From NCBI GenBank assembly GCA_964234715.1, contig OZ174275.1: a DNA stretch of 64,000 nt; one strand, written 5' to 3'. A program made the translations under genes and the position numbers. This DNA comes from Podarcis melisellensis (Eukaryota). Shown piece by piece: positions 48,979 to 61,858 of the stretch (the stretch's first letter is position 1; every line of letters begins with the position of its first letter). Under the pieces are notes generated by a model. That model worked only from the letters and a program-made list of their open reading frames with translations. It was not told the DNA's origin and did not search any database.

Positions 48979-49220
48979 CAGTGGTACCTCGGGTTAAGTA
49001 CTTAATTCGTTCCGGAGGTCCGTACTTAACCTGAAACTGTTCTTAACCTGAAGTACCACTTTAGCTAATGGGGCCTCCTGCTGCTGCTGCGCCGCCGGAG
49101 CACAATTTCTGTTCTCATCCTGAAGCAAAGTTCTTAACCTGAAGCACTATTTCTGGGTTAGCGGAGTCTGTAACCTGAAGCGTATGTAACCTGAAGCGTA
49201 TGTAACCTGAGATACCACTG
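48979..49220 (+). mobile_element. Young Tigger-like MITE, copy 1 (242 bp)
   Basis: TIRs CAGTGGTACCTCGGGTTA / TAACCTGAGATACCACTG. TA flanks. Internal AACCTGAAG repeats. Confidence 0.95.
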
Positions 49221-49879
49221 TATTCATGTAACCACTCACCCAGCCTCATTCTCGCCATCCATTCCCACAGCCACTACAGTCATTCACCACCTCATGTGTT
49301 ATCTCTGTCAATCAACCACACATATGCAAACCACACATGCTCAGTAATACTGCAACCCACATGCAAAGGATAGCTGTCAAGCACACACATGTAAGATACT
49401 CTCCTAATCTCTGAAGCAGTGATGGACTCATGCTCCACGCTCCCCAGACCATCTCATCTTCCCCTCCCATCTCTTGCCCAAGAGGGGCTCTGTTCTATAC
49501 CACAGCAGGCTCTCATCTTGCTTCCATCCACTGACTCCCAACTACATAATCAGACCATGCAAGGAATGGCCTATTTTGAACACTTGTTTCATTTGCATGT
49601 ATCACATGTGTTTCTCACTCTTCCTTGAAGGAACTGCAGCAGCATACTTTTCTTTACGTCACAGTCCTGTAACATACATTAGAGTGAATAAGTGGCTGGT
49701 CCAAGGTCATTCATAGCACAACTCTGTGTTTACTTGGAAGTAAGCCTTCCTGTGTGCAGTATAGCTTACAGTATCCCTAGTAAATTGGTTCAGATTGTAG
49801 TCCAGTGAACTTTATGGGTGGTTGTGCACCTGGGCCTTGAGTTCCCTTGTTCCCGATCTAGCACCAAAGCCCTGATGAA

Positions 49880-50070
49880 GGGCTTTAGCTCAGTGGTTTA
49901 AAACCTACTTTGCAAACAGAATGTCTTGCATCAGTCCCCAGTATCTTCAGTTATGGCCAGAAAAGGCCCCCATCTACAACTCTGGAGAGCTGCTGCCAGT
50001 CAGTGCAGACAGCATTGAGCTCAATGGACCAATGGTCTGACTTGGTACAAAGCAGCTTCCTGTGTTTCTA
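49880..50070 (+). mobile_element. tRNA-derived SINE with CR1-like tail (Squam3-like)
   Basis: A-box-like TAGCTCAGTGG. 3' part GAGAGCTGCTGCCAGTCAGTGCAGACAGCATTGAGCTCAATGGACCAATGGTCTGACTTGGTACAAAGCAGCTTCCTGTGTT. Confidence 0.75.
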
Positions 50071-51771
50071 CATTATCCAGCGTTCTGAAAAGGTGGTAGT
50101 AGTTAGGTGATGTGCCTAGTTTTATTCAAATATTAAGTTTTCACATATTTAGCCAAGAGAATAACTCCATATGTCCTCCTGTGGAAGCGAATCAGAACTG
50201 GCCCTGCCCCCCCCCACTCATAATAGACTAGTGCTGATATTTTGTGGAACAGGTTTAGTCCTGATAAAACCAGGACTTTATACATTTTTTGGGTCTCATG
50301 TGTGGTAAGCTTAAGAATCTGCCCTGGGTACCAGAAAATGTTCATTTCACAGAGAAAAAACGGTGAAGCTCAGAAGTGCCCCCCTCAAATAGGCAAAACA
50401 TGAATCCTTCTCCCCCAACACCGGCAGACAAAGCAGGCAACGCTGCCAGCCAAAACAGCAAAAGCTTAAAAAACTCAAATTAAAGAAAAATAACAATTGG
50501 GAAGGCAAGAGAACCTTGGTGGACAGCGAAGGGTGTGGGTGTGGGTGTGTGTCTCTCGGATAGTAATTCTTTACTATCTTAATCCCAACAAATGCATAAC
50601 TAAGTGTGGCATTTATACCACAAGGATGTAGAAGAGAAAGCTCTGTGAAGAAACAAACTGGCTTGGCACAGCTGGATGTGGTAGCAGGTGAGTGCCAGAG
50701 GTCTAGTCATATGCAGCAGGCCTGCGGAACTTACTAATATTGCAGCATTGGGGAAAGAACCTGAATGGAGTGTCATTTAAATGGCTAAGTAAATATGAAT
50801 TTAAATACACACCTCAGAGTTATTAACCAGAATATTTGGTTTAAAAAATAAATAAATAGATAGAGCTGTACAGATCTGTCCTAGGTGCCTGCTAAGAAAA
50901 TTAGAAGTCTAGGCTAAAGCAAATAATATTTTTGCTGGGGAATAGATAATTTTTAATTGCTTTGATGCTTGCTTTGTGTTATTGCTTGAGGTTCATAAAT
51001 ATTCCTCACCAAGTAGTAGAAAATTTTTATGCAGCCTTTGTAAGCCCAAGATCAAAATGTAAATATATTGACAGGAACGGCCTCTGGATGAAATTGCTGA
51101 AAGCAGATATTGATCAAAGGGTGTCATATCTGTAGAGAGTCCTTCCCTGTCACTGTGAGGCAAGTATTGGAATGAGGCTGCAAGGGCAGTTATTATACTT
51201 CACAATTACTGAGGATCCAAGAGGTCCTTGTTGCCCCTTTCCAAAATTTCATTTCTCTGGTTCTTGATTTTAATGGGAACCCGTATTTTATTGGTACTCC
51301 ATTTTAATATGTGGCACTTCTTTGTTGCTATGCTATTATTATTATATTTTAATTTATGAATTACTTGCTCTGAAGCATTACAAGTGAATGTCATAAAACA
51401 TATAGAAAACAACTGGATATATAAAAACAATTTTATAAAAACAGTTAAAGGATTTACATGTATAAAAACAATTCAGCATCAGGGCAAGAAAGTTGAATAG
51501 TTTATTGGAGTTGCACATCCTTGATTCAGATTTTGAATAGCGATGCTTGTGAAATTCATAGCCATCGTTGTTGTGCTTTGATTCAAATAACATACATGTA
51601 CATGGGTACTTTAAAGGAAGAAAGCTACAGACTGGAAACTATGACAAACTGCACAGAAAAGAGATGGAACAGAATACATATATGTATTTGAGGACCCACT
51701 CTTTTCTTCTGATTGTAATATGCTTTGAGGATTTTTTAAAATAATCAAGTGGTATATCAATTTTATGAAAT

Positions 51772-51817
<46 letters not shown>

Positions 51818-51830
51818 GATAGATAGATAG
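51772..51830. repeat. (GATA)n microsatellite
   Basis: About 14 GATA units with one GA interruption. Confidence 0.97.
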
Positions 51831-54027
51831 TTTAAAGTTATTATAATATTATATTTTTATTTTGTGGTAGCCCCCTCCCAAGGAAACCTTATGGCAAAGG
51901 ACCATCATGATTTGGGGTCCTTCATAAGTCGTTTGACTCTAGCTCCCATCAGATCCAGCCAGCATGACCAATGGTGAAGGATGATGCTAGTGATGGGAGT
52001 TGTAGTCTAGTATATATTCTAGTATAAATTCCCCATCCCCGATCTAAACCAGAGAATTAAACTTCTGTGTTATTCTCTTCTTTTGCATTTTCTTAATTAA
52101 CATACAATGTAGATGGAAAGCATAGGTACAAGGTTGATTACATTTTTGCAACATGGCCTTGCTGTCTTTCATGTAGTGACTTTTGTGCTGGCAGAAGTTC
52201 CTGTTCTAATATGGAGATGGTGTTGGATGCATAGTTCCATCAAGTCTCCTCACACCAGTTCATGCTTCTTTCACTCTCCCTCTGCAGCCCCCAGGCTTTG
52301 TGGGGTGCCCAAGAAACTGAAGTAGGAGGAAAGGATTGGGAAAGCTCCCTTGTACAAGCAGACATATTTGGATCTGACTTCATAGACCTTCATTCCCTGC
52401 CTTCCTGTCATGCTGTTTTGTTTGTTGGTGACCATTACACTGGCCAGGTCTTTGGCACTTCCATGCTGAAATGGAACTCTCTGTGTGGGAACATAATCAC
52501 ACTGGCACACATCCCCTCTTCTGTCTTTTCCTAGTCAAAATATTTTATGAAACCACAAACATTGCAATTAAATGGAATTGTATAGATTCGGTAATTTTAT
52601 AGAAAGGCATTTAGAATGTGAGTTTATAATTTGAGCTTCCCTCCTGCAAATTGTTTTGGCACAGGGGACATTCTGGCACCCGGGATGCTGATTCTTATCT
52701 ATTCCTTACTAAAAAACCCTGTCACTGGTTCAGTGGGATGGAACCTAATTTAAGTAACATCAGGAGAAAAAATAGCTGTGCTGGGTATATTTAATGGCAC
52801 ATTTGTGTGAAGAGCGAGGAGTGAGAATAAAATCCCCCAGGGCTACAGTCTTGTGCACACTTTCCTGGGAGTAATTCTCACTGAACTCAGTGGAACTTAC
52901 TGCTGAGTAGACTGTGCTGTTAGTAACATAAGTGCAAGGAACAAAATATTGTCCCACAAAAGGAAATGTGCTGTATCAGCATGGTGACTGTAAGCAGCAA
53001 ATGGGTAATTTTAACATTTTGTTACATGCTTCCCATTTCCTCGAGCAGTGAGAAGTTCCCAGGGTTGCACTATGTTTCCTTTGCATGTGAGAGTACTGAA
53101 GAGTACATCAACTTTGTAATAGTTTCTTTATTTGCAAATAGATAAGCAATACATAAATTAAGGCAAAGAGGCAAGGAAGCAGATCTGTGGCCCCAGATCA
53201 GATCTCCAGGAAAGAGCCTGCACACCAAGTTTTTTCACCTGCAGGAAACTTCACTTTTTCTGTCCTAGCCTGTCTCCAGATTCAGAACATTCTGCAACCA
53301 CACATCTTAGACTTCCCCCTGCAGGTGAATTGCCCATTTAGGGGAATATCCATAACTATTCTTTTCAGGGATTACTAACATAGTTTTGTCAAATCTCTAA
53401 GGAAGAAATATTTTCACCAGAAACCGCAGTAATAGGCTAGCTCACTGTGATGGGACAGAGCATGTTACAATGCATGCTTTGAACAGAAAATGACCCCAAA
53501 TGTAGTGATAAGGCTTTTTAAAGGTTTTTGTTTTTTTAACTCACACAGTTGCATTCTGAACAGTGCCAAAGGTGGCTATTTGCAGATAAATGACTGAGGA
53601 ATAGATATAACCAGTTCTGTTTTGATTCACTGTGTACTGTAGCTGCTTAAACAAGCAAGGACATTGATACATCTTAAAGCAATTTTAAAATTATTGGCTA
53701 CCAGTGCACTCAGTGTTTCAGCCAACCTCTGCATTGAATGGTAGAAATTAAAGGGTAAACATGTATTTATCAATAGCAGCATTTTATTTTTGAACTTCAG
53801 GAAGCCCTGTTGAAAAAATCCAAATGTGAGTTACAGTTATGGGACTTGATGGGTGATATGCATTGATTCCTAGCAATTGCAGAGACAAATTTCCTTTTGT
53901 GCCTGCAGAAGAGAGCTGAGATAGCAGGAGAGGGGAAATGGGAGCCATAGCACGACTGGATAAATTATAAACATTCATGATAAAGTGGGCAGGAAGTCTG
54001 ACTGCTCTTGGAGTGCTAGCCAAAATA

Positions 54028-54269
54028 CAGTGGTACCTTGGGTTACATACGCTTCAGGTTACAGACGCTTCAGGTTACAGACTCCACTAACCCAGAAATA
54101 GTGCTTCAGGTTAAGAACTTTGCTTCAGGATGAGAACAGAAATTGTGCTCCGGCGGCACGGCAGCAGCAGGAGGCCCCATTAACTAAAGTGGTGCTTCAG
54201 GTTAAGGACAGATTCAGGTTAAGAACGGACCTCCGGAACAAATTAAGTACTTAACCAGAGGTATCACTG
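54028..54269 (-). mobile_element. Young Tigger-like MITE, copy 2 (242 bp, inverted relative to copy 1)
   Basis: Reverse complement of 48979-49220. TA at 54026-54027 and 54270-54271. Confidence 0.95.
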
Positions 54270-55721
54270 TAGATTATTCAAGTGGAAATATTCTATTGAA
54301 AATGGACCTCAGCAAAGTGTTTGAGAAGACAGGTGGGAGACATAGGTTGGGCTCAGGCATGTTGGGGGGCTTGTATTTTTCCTGTTTCATTATAAGAGTA
54401 TCAGATGGAGTTGTACCTTATATAGCAGATGACGTAATGGCAGTGAGCCACTGTGGCCAGCAGGTACAGTGTTAGAATTGGCTCTGGAAGGTCAGCTTCC
54501 AAAAATGCCATGTCCTAGACTTTCTGGCATCTTGTCTCACAATGCAGCCCTTGTCTACTCAACAGTCAATCCAAACTGAGTTAAATGGGATTTGCTCCTA
54601 GGTAAGGGACTGCAGCTTCAGTTACCCACCTGTAAAACTGGCTTAGAGAACAAATAGCATCATCCCTGAAAACAGGCAGAAATGGCTTGCAGAACGGGGC
54701 CACTACACTAGGATCCTCCATTGCTACATTTTGCACAGCATTTGCATAGAATTCTTGTCTGCAAGAATTCTGAATTCTGCAAGGCCTGGGTTACTTTTGG
54801 TGGAAATTATGTTGTGTCTGTAAAAAACAAAACCCTAGAGAAATGCTTGATAAGAATTAATAATTATTTCCTTGAAGCAGAGAATGTCTGCTAACTGATG
54901 ACATCAGTCTCCTTTCAAATGTCTTGATGGTTCCAGATGCTTAGAAATGCCACAATATTTTTAGCTTCAGCTGTCACAGAGGAATAAATCCCTTGCCCTT
55001 TGGAATCTCTGGTCTAGTTCTAAGGGAACTGTAGTTCAGCTGTTCACTTGGGACCGACGGTTCTCAGCTAATCCTAGTTATCTTTTTATGGTGCAATAGG
55101 AAAAGTGTCTGTTGAGAATGGAATCTGTTCCCAGTGGAATAAATGTAGCCCCTAGACAATTCCAGTAGTATTCAATAGCTAAAATCAGACTACTTTTATT
55201 ATAGAGGGATACAAGCTACAACTTTTAAACTAATGTAGCCAATGTGGTTTCAGTGGGAGAAAATAGTCTATATCACAATTTAATTTTAAAAATTGACAGT
55301 TCATTAAAAAAAAATCTTTCATCAAATGAAATGAATTTTCTAGGCAGCACTGTACGGCAGTGTAAAGATAAAAGCCCAGTTTTGGTTTATAGTGTATGTT
55401 TCCATGACAGGAATTAAACTAAATAGATCAAAAAGTTGTCCTTTTCTACAGCAACAGGTGTTTTCTGTGGTTATGAATTTCTATTGAGAAACTTCAGCTG
55501 TTTTGGGTAACTTGCATGCTTCTATGTCAACGGAAGTTGGGCAGTTGTATCTCATCCACAACTGCCTACACATCAAGCTATTCAGTTGTGTTTGTGAATG
55601 TGTGAGAGAGGACTCAATTTGTATAGTAGGCATGAGAATAATATAGGAGACAGGATTGTTTGTCTGCATTGATATGGAAATATCCTTTATCAGTTTCCCT
55701 GATCGTTAGTATATAGAAGTT

Positions 55722-55860
55722 NNNNNNNNNNNNNNNNNNNNNNNNNNNNNNNNNNNNNNNNNNNNNNNNNNNNNNNNNNNNNNNNNNNNNNNNNNNNNNN
55801 NNNNNNNNNNNNNNNNNNNNNNNNNNNNNNNNNNNNNNNNNNNNNNNNNNNNNNNNNNNN
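55722..55860. other. Assembly gap
   Basis: 139 consecutive N. Confidence 1.
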
Positions 55861-55864
55861 AAGA

Positions 55865-55966
55865 CAGTGGTTCCGAAACTCCCCCATCCCATGGAGCACT
55901 TGAAAACTGCTGAAGGTCGTGGCAGACCATGTAGTGATTTTTCTGCCTGTTGCAGCAATTTTAATG
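55865..55966. mobile_element. Left end of an old hAT-type element interrupted by MITE copy 3
   Basis: Begins CAGTGGTTCCGAAACT, resembling the hAT terminus CAGTGGTTCCCAAACT. Confidence 0.5.
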
Positions 55967-55968
55967 TA

Positions 55969-56194
55969 CAGTGGTACCTCGGGTTAAGTACTTAATTCAT
56001 TCCGGAGGTCTGTTCTTAACCTGAAACTGCTCTTAACCTGAAGCACCACTTTAGCTAATGGTGCCACCTGCTGCCGCCGCGCCGCCGGAGCACGATTTCT
56101 GTTCTCATCCTGAAGCAAAGTTCTTAACCTGAAGCACTATTTCTGGGTTAGCGGAGTCTGTAACCTGAAGCGTATGTAACCCGAGGTACCACTG
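55969..56194 (+). mobile_element. Young Tigger-like MITE, copy 3 (226 bp)
   Basis: Perfect TIRs CAGTGGTACCTCGGGTTA / TAACCCGAGGTACCACTG. TA flanks. One 16-bp subterminal unit fewer than copy 1. Confidence 0.95.
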
Positions 56195-57667
56195 TACTGT
56201 GCAATATACTGTATTATTTTTAACTGAATTAAGGTTCAACTTCTTAATCCTAGTCTCCCATTCTAAGAGAAATATACAAATCTAGGGGGTGGGGCTTATA
56301 TACCTAGAAAACATTATAATGGATATTTATTACCTTTATAGGGCAATAAACACTTCCTCCAAGGAGCTCACAGCTGTGTGCATGGTTGCCCCCGACCTCC
56401 ATTTTGTTCTCACCACAGCAATGTTAGGCAGGTCAGACTGAAAGATGGTCACCTATTAAATAAAAACCCAAGGTGGATAAAAAGACTTTTATCACAGGGC
56501 AGGTTATATATGTGGAAGCTCAATCAAGTTAGGAGCTCTGAAGAATTTGCTTTGTTTTTTCATTATTGTGAACCATTCAAAGAGCTTTGCTATGGTGGTG
56601 CACAAATATATCAAATAAATAAAATATGAGAACAGAAACCCACTCATATTTAGAGATCAAAGCAAAATAAACAAACAAACAAAATACCTGAAGTACCGAA
56701 GGAGCCCCTTTCCTTTTTAAAGCAATTCTCAGTTAAATAGCCTGTCGGAACTGCCTACTGAATGGTTAATAATGCTGGAAGTAAAACAGAGAGGAATAGA
56801 AAGCTTCCAAAGTAAACAGAAACTTCCTATAGAGGTGGAAACATTTGCACTTCCATTTGTCTGTCGCTGTGGACCACTGAAGAAACATGCTGGCTAATAT
56901 CAAAAGGGAAGAGGTCCCAGCGCTGTGAAAGGTTTTTAAAGCCTTCCTACACGAGTCAGAATTGCATTAGTCTCAGCATGTATTATCAGTAAACCTAGGA
57001 AGGGCATCGACAGGTGAGGAAAGTAGTTACAGCTAGGTCACAGTAGGAGCCTATTAAGCTTCCTTCTCTGTAATTACCACAGTTTTCTCTGCAGTAATGG
57101 TATTGCCAAGATGCCTTGAATTTGCTTGGAATTCCCCACCCCCTTATTTAGAAAAAGAAATGGTTGGGGTTTTTTTGGGGGGGGGGGCAGAATATGTGTG
57201 TTACATTTCCTTCCCTCCTAATTTAAAAACTTCCTGATATGTACATTACTACAATGGCAAACAAACTCCAGATAGCATTTTAAAAAAACAAAAACAAACT
57301 CCAGATAGCAAAGTTGCTATTTGTGTAGCAGATCAAAGAATTTATGTGCTATTGTTGATACAGAGATTTGAAAATATTGAGATGGCCAAGGAAACTGTAA
57401 TCAATTAATAATTTTGCAAGACTGTTTATTAAAATGGGTAAGTGCTTTACTAAACAAAACTTTAATTGAAACTGTCAAAAGTGATCCACGGCTGCGTTGC
57501 AATTTTCTCATTCACACATCATTTCCTCTGCAGTTTAGTTAAATCATAAATACTGCTCTTTATTCTAGTCAGATGTCTTGCCATCTAATGCTTTAATTTT
57601 ATGGATCCTAAAGTTTGGGTGCAAGATGTTCACTAATGTCAAGTTACAACATCTATATTAGGGCAGT

Positions 57668-57740
57668 ATCTTTATTATGCCAACTAAAATGCCCATAGTG
57701 CGCAAGGTTTTGAGGTCTCCAGAACCCTTCTTCAGGCAAG
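57668..57740. mobile_element. Penelope-like terminal fragment
   Basis: TCTTTATTATGCCAACT..GCAAGGTTTTGAGGTCTCCAGAACCCTTCTTCAGGC resembles the GCTTTCG..CTCTTCNTCAGG end of squamate Penelope elements. Confidence 0.5.
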
Positions 57741-59403
57741 GTGAGGGGTGGCTGTGGACCTCCCAGATGTGCTTAGATCATTCTTGACCATCCGCCACAC
57801 TGGTTGCAACTCATAGAGCTAAAGATGCAGAGTGCCTTTAGCCACCCCTGGGCTCAACAGTGCTAAAGAAGGGTGGTGGAGTGGAAGCTGATTGTTGGTG
57901 AAGCTGTGCAGTCTGCAAGATAAGTGCGAGGGTAGGTAATAGAAATTCACATAAGGCTCTTATAGGTATGTTGCAGGTTGCAGGTTACATCAAGGCCTGC
58001 TGGAAAGAAAGGGCAGCCCAGCTGCTACCTAGGCTTGTTTCCATCCTTTGGCAAAACACACAGAGGCTTCCTTGGTAGGTGGAAAACCAAAATAAAAAAG
58101 TGCCATTCTAAGAGGAGGGGTTCATGGTGAGTTCCAGAACATCTTTTTCTAGAAAAATAGCTCTGCTTAAACCCAACAGTGTGTAAAAAGAGAGCACAAG
58201 AAAATGCCTTTTAAAAGTCACAATAATTCCATAGCCTTTAAAAAAAAACAAAAAAACAAACAGCTTTATGTCAGATGAGGGCTTGCAGAAACCCTGGGCA
58301 TGAACTTTTAAATAACTATAAATATAAGTAGCTGTATCTACTTACATGGGAGTAAGCAACATTGAACTCATTGGAACTTACTTCTGGGTAATCATCTTTG
58401 TCTCTGCTTGAGACCATACATAGTACGATAATATGAATAAATTTTCCATACTATGGCTTTTGGATTTTGAGTGACAATTGAGATTTGGAAGAGCAGAATT
58501 TTCAAACAACTACACTAATTTAATTGCATTGCTGATTTTTTTAAAAAAATTGGATACTGTCAGCAGTCTTGCAAAATAAGCAGAACGGGAACGTCTTAAT
58601 ATTTGAAAGGCCAGGTGTTCAAATTCCTTCCACTAACCAACATTGTTAGAAGCACAACCCATTGCAACTAGCACCCCCCTCCAAAACCCCACATTAAATA
58701 CATATAAAATGAGCCACTGTTTTGACAGTGTGATACAGCTGTAGAATAATGGAAGTTTCACTACTAAGAAATCGAGGTCAAGCCCTTTGCACATTTCTTG
58801 CTAGTTTCAAACAGAGGTAATTCTCAGCTTGTAGAAAATAGCCATAATCAAAGTGCACAGACGACTGAAAAATACACAAGTGGATTCTCTTTGTATTAGA
58901 AAGGTCAGCAGTGCTAAAAACGATAATGCAATGGGAAATTTATCCCCCACCTCAACTTTAAAATCTTAATTGAAAATAGTCTTGAGGATAAAAAGAAGTT
59001 GCCCTGAAAGGATACAGGCCAGGGTCCTCTCTTTAATCCGTTCTTTTCACTTTGGAATCCAATTCCGATGTTGCCCAAGCAATGCCCTTTTCTTCTTGGT
59101 CCTCAGTCAGCACGAAGAAGAACAAGCAATTAATAGTAACGACAAGCAGATTGGTCAGAGTGGTGAATTTGGGAAGCATCGACTAAGACTTGAAAGCAGG
59201 AGTTCCTATTGGAATTTGCCTGCCCGCATGAGCATGTTACATGCACACTTCCTATCACACCTTTCTTTCCTATAGTATAGCATAGTAGTTCTATAGTAGT
59301 TTCATTCATTCATTTGGCTCCTTTGGGATCTGATGGTGCTCACACAGTTTTATTGGTTTCAGTCAAGACATGAGCCTTTTTCACACATTACTTAAGTGTA
59401 GGG

Positions 59404-59998
59404 CAGGTGTAGGAAAACATTTTCGCCTGAGGGCTACATTCGCTTTTGAGTAGCCTTCCAGGGGCCAAATACCAAAGGAGGCAGAGAAACGAATGTGGAT
59501 TTTACCTTAATACGGTAGGCTAAGTTCTACACACACTCCAACTCGCCACTTTATTTTTCATCTGGGGAAGCCAAAGGCATTAGAACATGGGTAGGCAAAC
59601 TTAAGGCCCCAGGGGCCAGATCCGGCCCAAATGCCTTCTAAATCTGGCCTGCGGATAGTCTGGGCATCAGCGTGTTTTTACATGAGTAGAATGTGTGCTT
59701 TTATTTAAAATGCATCTCTGGGTTATATATGGGGCATAGGAATTTGTTCATCCCCCCCCCCCCTGCAAAATATAGTCCGGCCTCTCCACAAGGTCTGAGG
59801 GACAGTGGACTGCCCCCTGTTGAAAAGTTTGCTGCCCCCTGCAGTAGAAGTTCAGGGATGTATTCCAGCCTGGCAACAACATTTAAGGATTGTGGAACAG
59901 GACTGGTGAGGTGCATGGCCTGGGGAAAGCCCTATGGGTTATAAAGAGAGGCCTGGAAGGCTGAATTTTATCTCTGGGCCTGAAGTTCTTTATTCTTG
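59404..59998. mobile_element. Older hAT-type element hosting a nested MITE
   Basis: Starts CAGGTGTAGGAAAAC, ends GTTCTTTATTCTTG. TSD GTGTAGGG / CTGTAGGG (7/8). Confidence 0.65.
59586..59841. mobile_element. Younger hAT MITE nested in 59404-59998
   Basis: Termini CATGGGTAGGCAAACT / AGTTTGCTGCCCCCTG. TSD CATTAGAA / CAGTAGAA (7/8). Confidence 0.85.
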
Positions 59999-60719
59999 CT
60001 GTAGGGCCTTTCACGTGATGAGGCAAGAGTAAGGCCATCCTGTTAGCCCTCCTCCATATGAAACCACTGGACAGTTTGTGCAGAGTGTTCTAGGAATGGA
60101 AACTGGGGCTGAGCTAAGATTGCCTACCACTTCTGCTGACCTTTCAGAGAAGCGAAATTTAGGCATGGAAGGATGAAATAGCTGTCCTCTTGTGTGCCTG
60201 CTGCCAGAGTGCTTTCTGGCAGCAGGCAGCACTGGAAGACGGTTCTTCCATCCTATGTCAGGCGCATTGTGCTTTAAAAAGCCCCTGTGATTGCAAGCAA
60301 CATGGAGTGTAGAGAGGTTAGAACGATGTACAGTACTGTGAGCAGAAAATCGCAGACCCAAATCCTGGGTTAGCTGTGAAACTCACTTGATGAACCTGGT
60401 CCAGTCACTATCTCTTGACTTACCTTGCATAGTTGTAAGGAGAAAATGAATTAGTGATTTTTAGTTACCAGAAGGTAGCTAGAAACTTAAAGCTGGAAAT
60501 AGATGTACGTAGTTATGAATTTTTTTTTTAAATGCAAAAATAAAACCAGGTGATATTCCTTGATAAGCTTCCATCAATGAAATGGAAATGTTTTTGGCAG
60601 TCCCAAATTTCTTTATGCTCTTTTTCATCTGGTGCTGCAACTGCTGGGCAATTCAGGCCCCTGATGTGGAAATATTACACCACATGTTCTTTTTGGAACA
60701 AAAATTGTATCAAACTTCA

Positions 60720-60810
60720 ACAGTGCAATCGTGCTCATGTGTACTCAGGAATTGCTCCTATTGAGTTCAGTGGAACTTACCCCCAGGTAACTGTGCATGG
60801 TATTGCAACC
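60720..60810. mobile_element. Short (~90 bp) palindromic MITE; best-preserved member of a dispersed family
   Basis: ACAGTGCAATC..CATGTGTACTCAG..CTATTGAGTTCAGTGGAACTTAC..GCATGGTATTGCAACC. Relatives lie at about 18130, 48514, 49716, 52841, 54539 and 58330. Confidence 0.65.
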
Positions 60811-61858
60811 TGAATGGTAGATGTGTGAAATCACTGGCGCATGATTTCCAGAATACCCTGTTGGACATGTCTTCCTGCTCACACCCATTCAAGCAACCCC
60901 ATTACATAATGGCTGATTATATAACTTGAAAAATAGCCCCTTTTCCAGCCTATTATCCAGCTTGTCAAATATGCATTACAGACAAGCGGAGAAAATTCAT
61001 ATTAATCTCTCCTTAGCGCTACTTCATGTTCATCAAGGCCCTTTCAAGATATCGCACAAACATGAGGGACTTTAAAAGGACTAAAATCACTCAACGCCCC
61101 TTTGAAGACCATTGATAGCTGTCATCAAGACAATAGAAGGCTGGATTCCTTTTAAAATTGCTAACTCAATCAAATCTCAGCTTAGCCTATTTTTGGACTT
61201 TTTATTTCTCTTCCTCAGGGTGCAGTTTCAAACTAGGATGTTTTCAATATTCCAAACATAAAACAAAATCCAAACTGCATCATTTTAGCAAATTGCCTTA
61301 CTTGCACCATAGTTCCTCTTTCTCAGGGGTGCAATACCACGAAGGAGTCGCACTTGCCACATGCCATTGTTCCTCAGAAGCAGTGTGTGGATTATTTCTG
61401 CCTCATAAGAGATATGAAAAAGGAACAACAACAAACACTTTAAAACTGCACCTCCTTTTTCTTCTTCTCAATTTAAACTCGAACACATCCAAAAGCTGCT
61501 GCTGTGGCTCAGTAATGTCATTGTTTTTGCTGTATTGTTTAGCTTTATTATGACACACTGGTGCTACTGCTTATTAGATGATGGCCTGTTTTGCACATAA
61601 TGCCAAGCCAAACCTTGGCTAAGTGTGACAGCATGGGCGTGCAGGTATTTACAGGGGGGAGGATGTGCCTGCTGAGCTCCTGTCCTGGTCCTACTGCTGC
61701 CAAGCTACCTGTAGCTAAGCCATTGTTTGGCTTCAGTGTTACATCCAAGTCTCATCTCATGGTTTGTCTCACTTTAGGCAAGCCTCCAGTGACCACCTTT
61801 CAAAGGATACCAAACCCACGTAAGCCCTGTGCTCCTGGAACTTCAAAAGTAAAGGCAG

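Noticed and set aside
48979-49220. Regularly spaced AACCTGAAG repeats suggesting a CRISPR-like array
   Set aside because: These are internal repeats of a TIR/TA-bounded MITE in a eukaryotic genome. The spacers are the same between copies and there are no cas genes.
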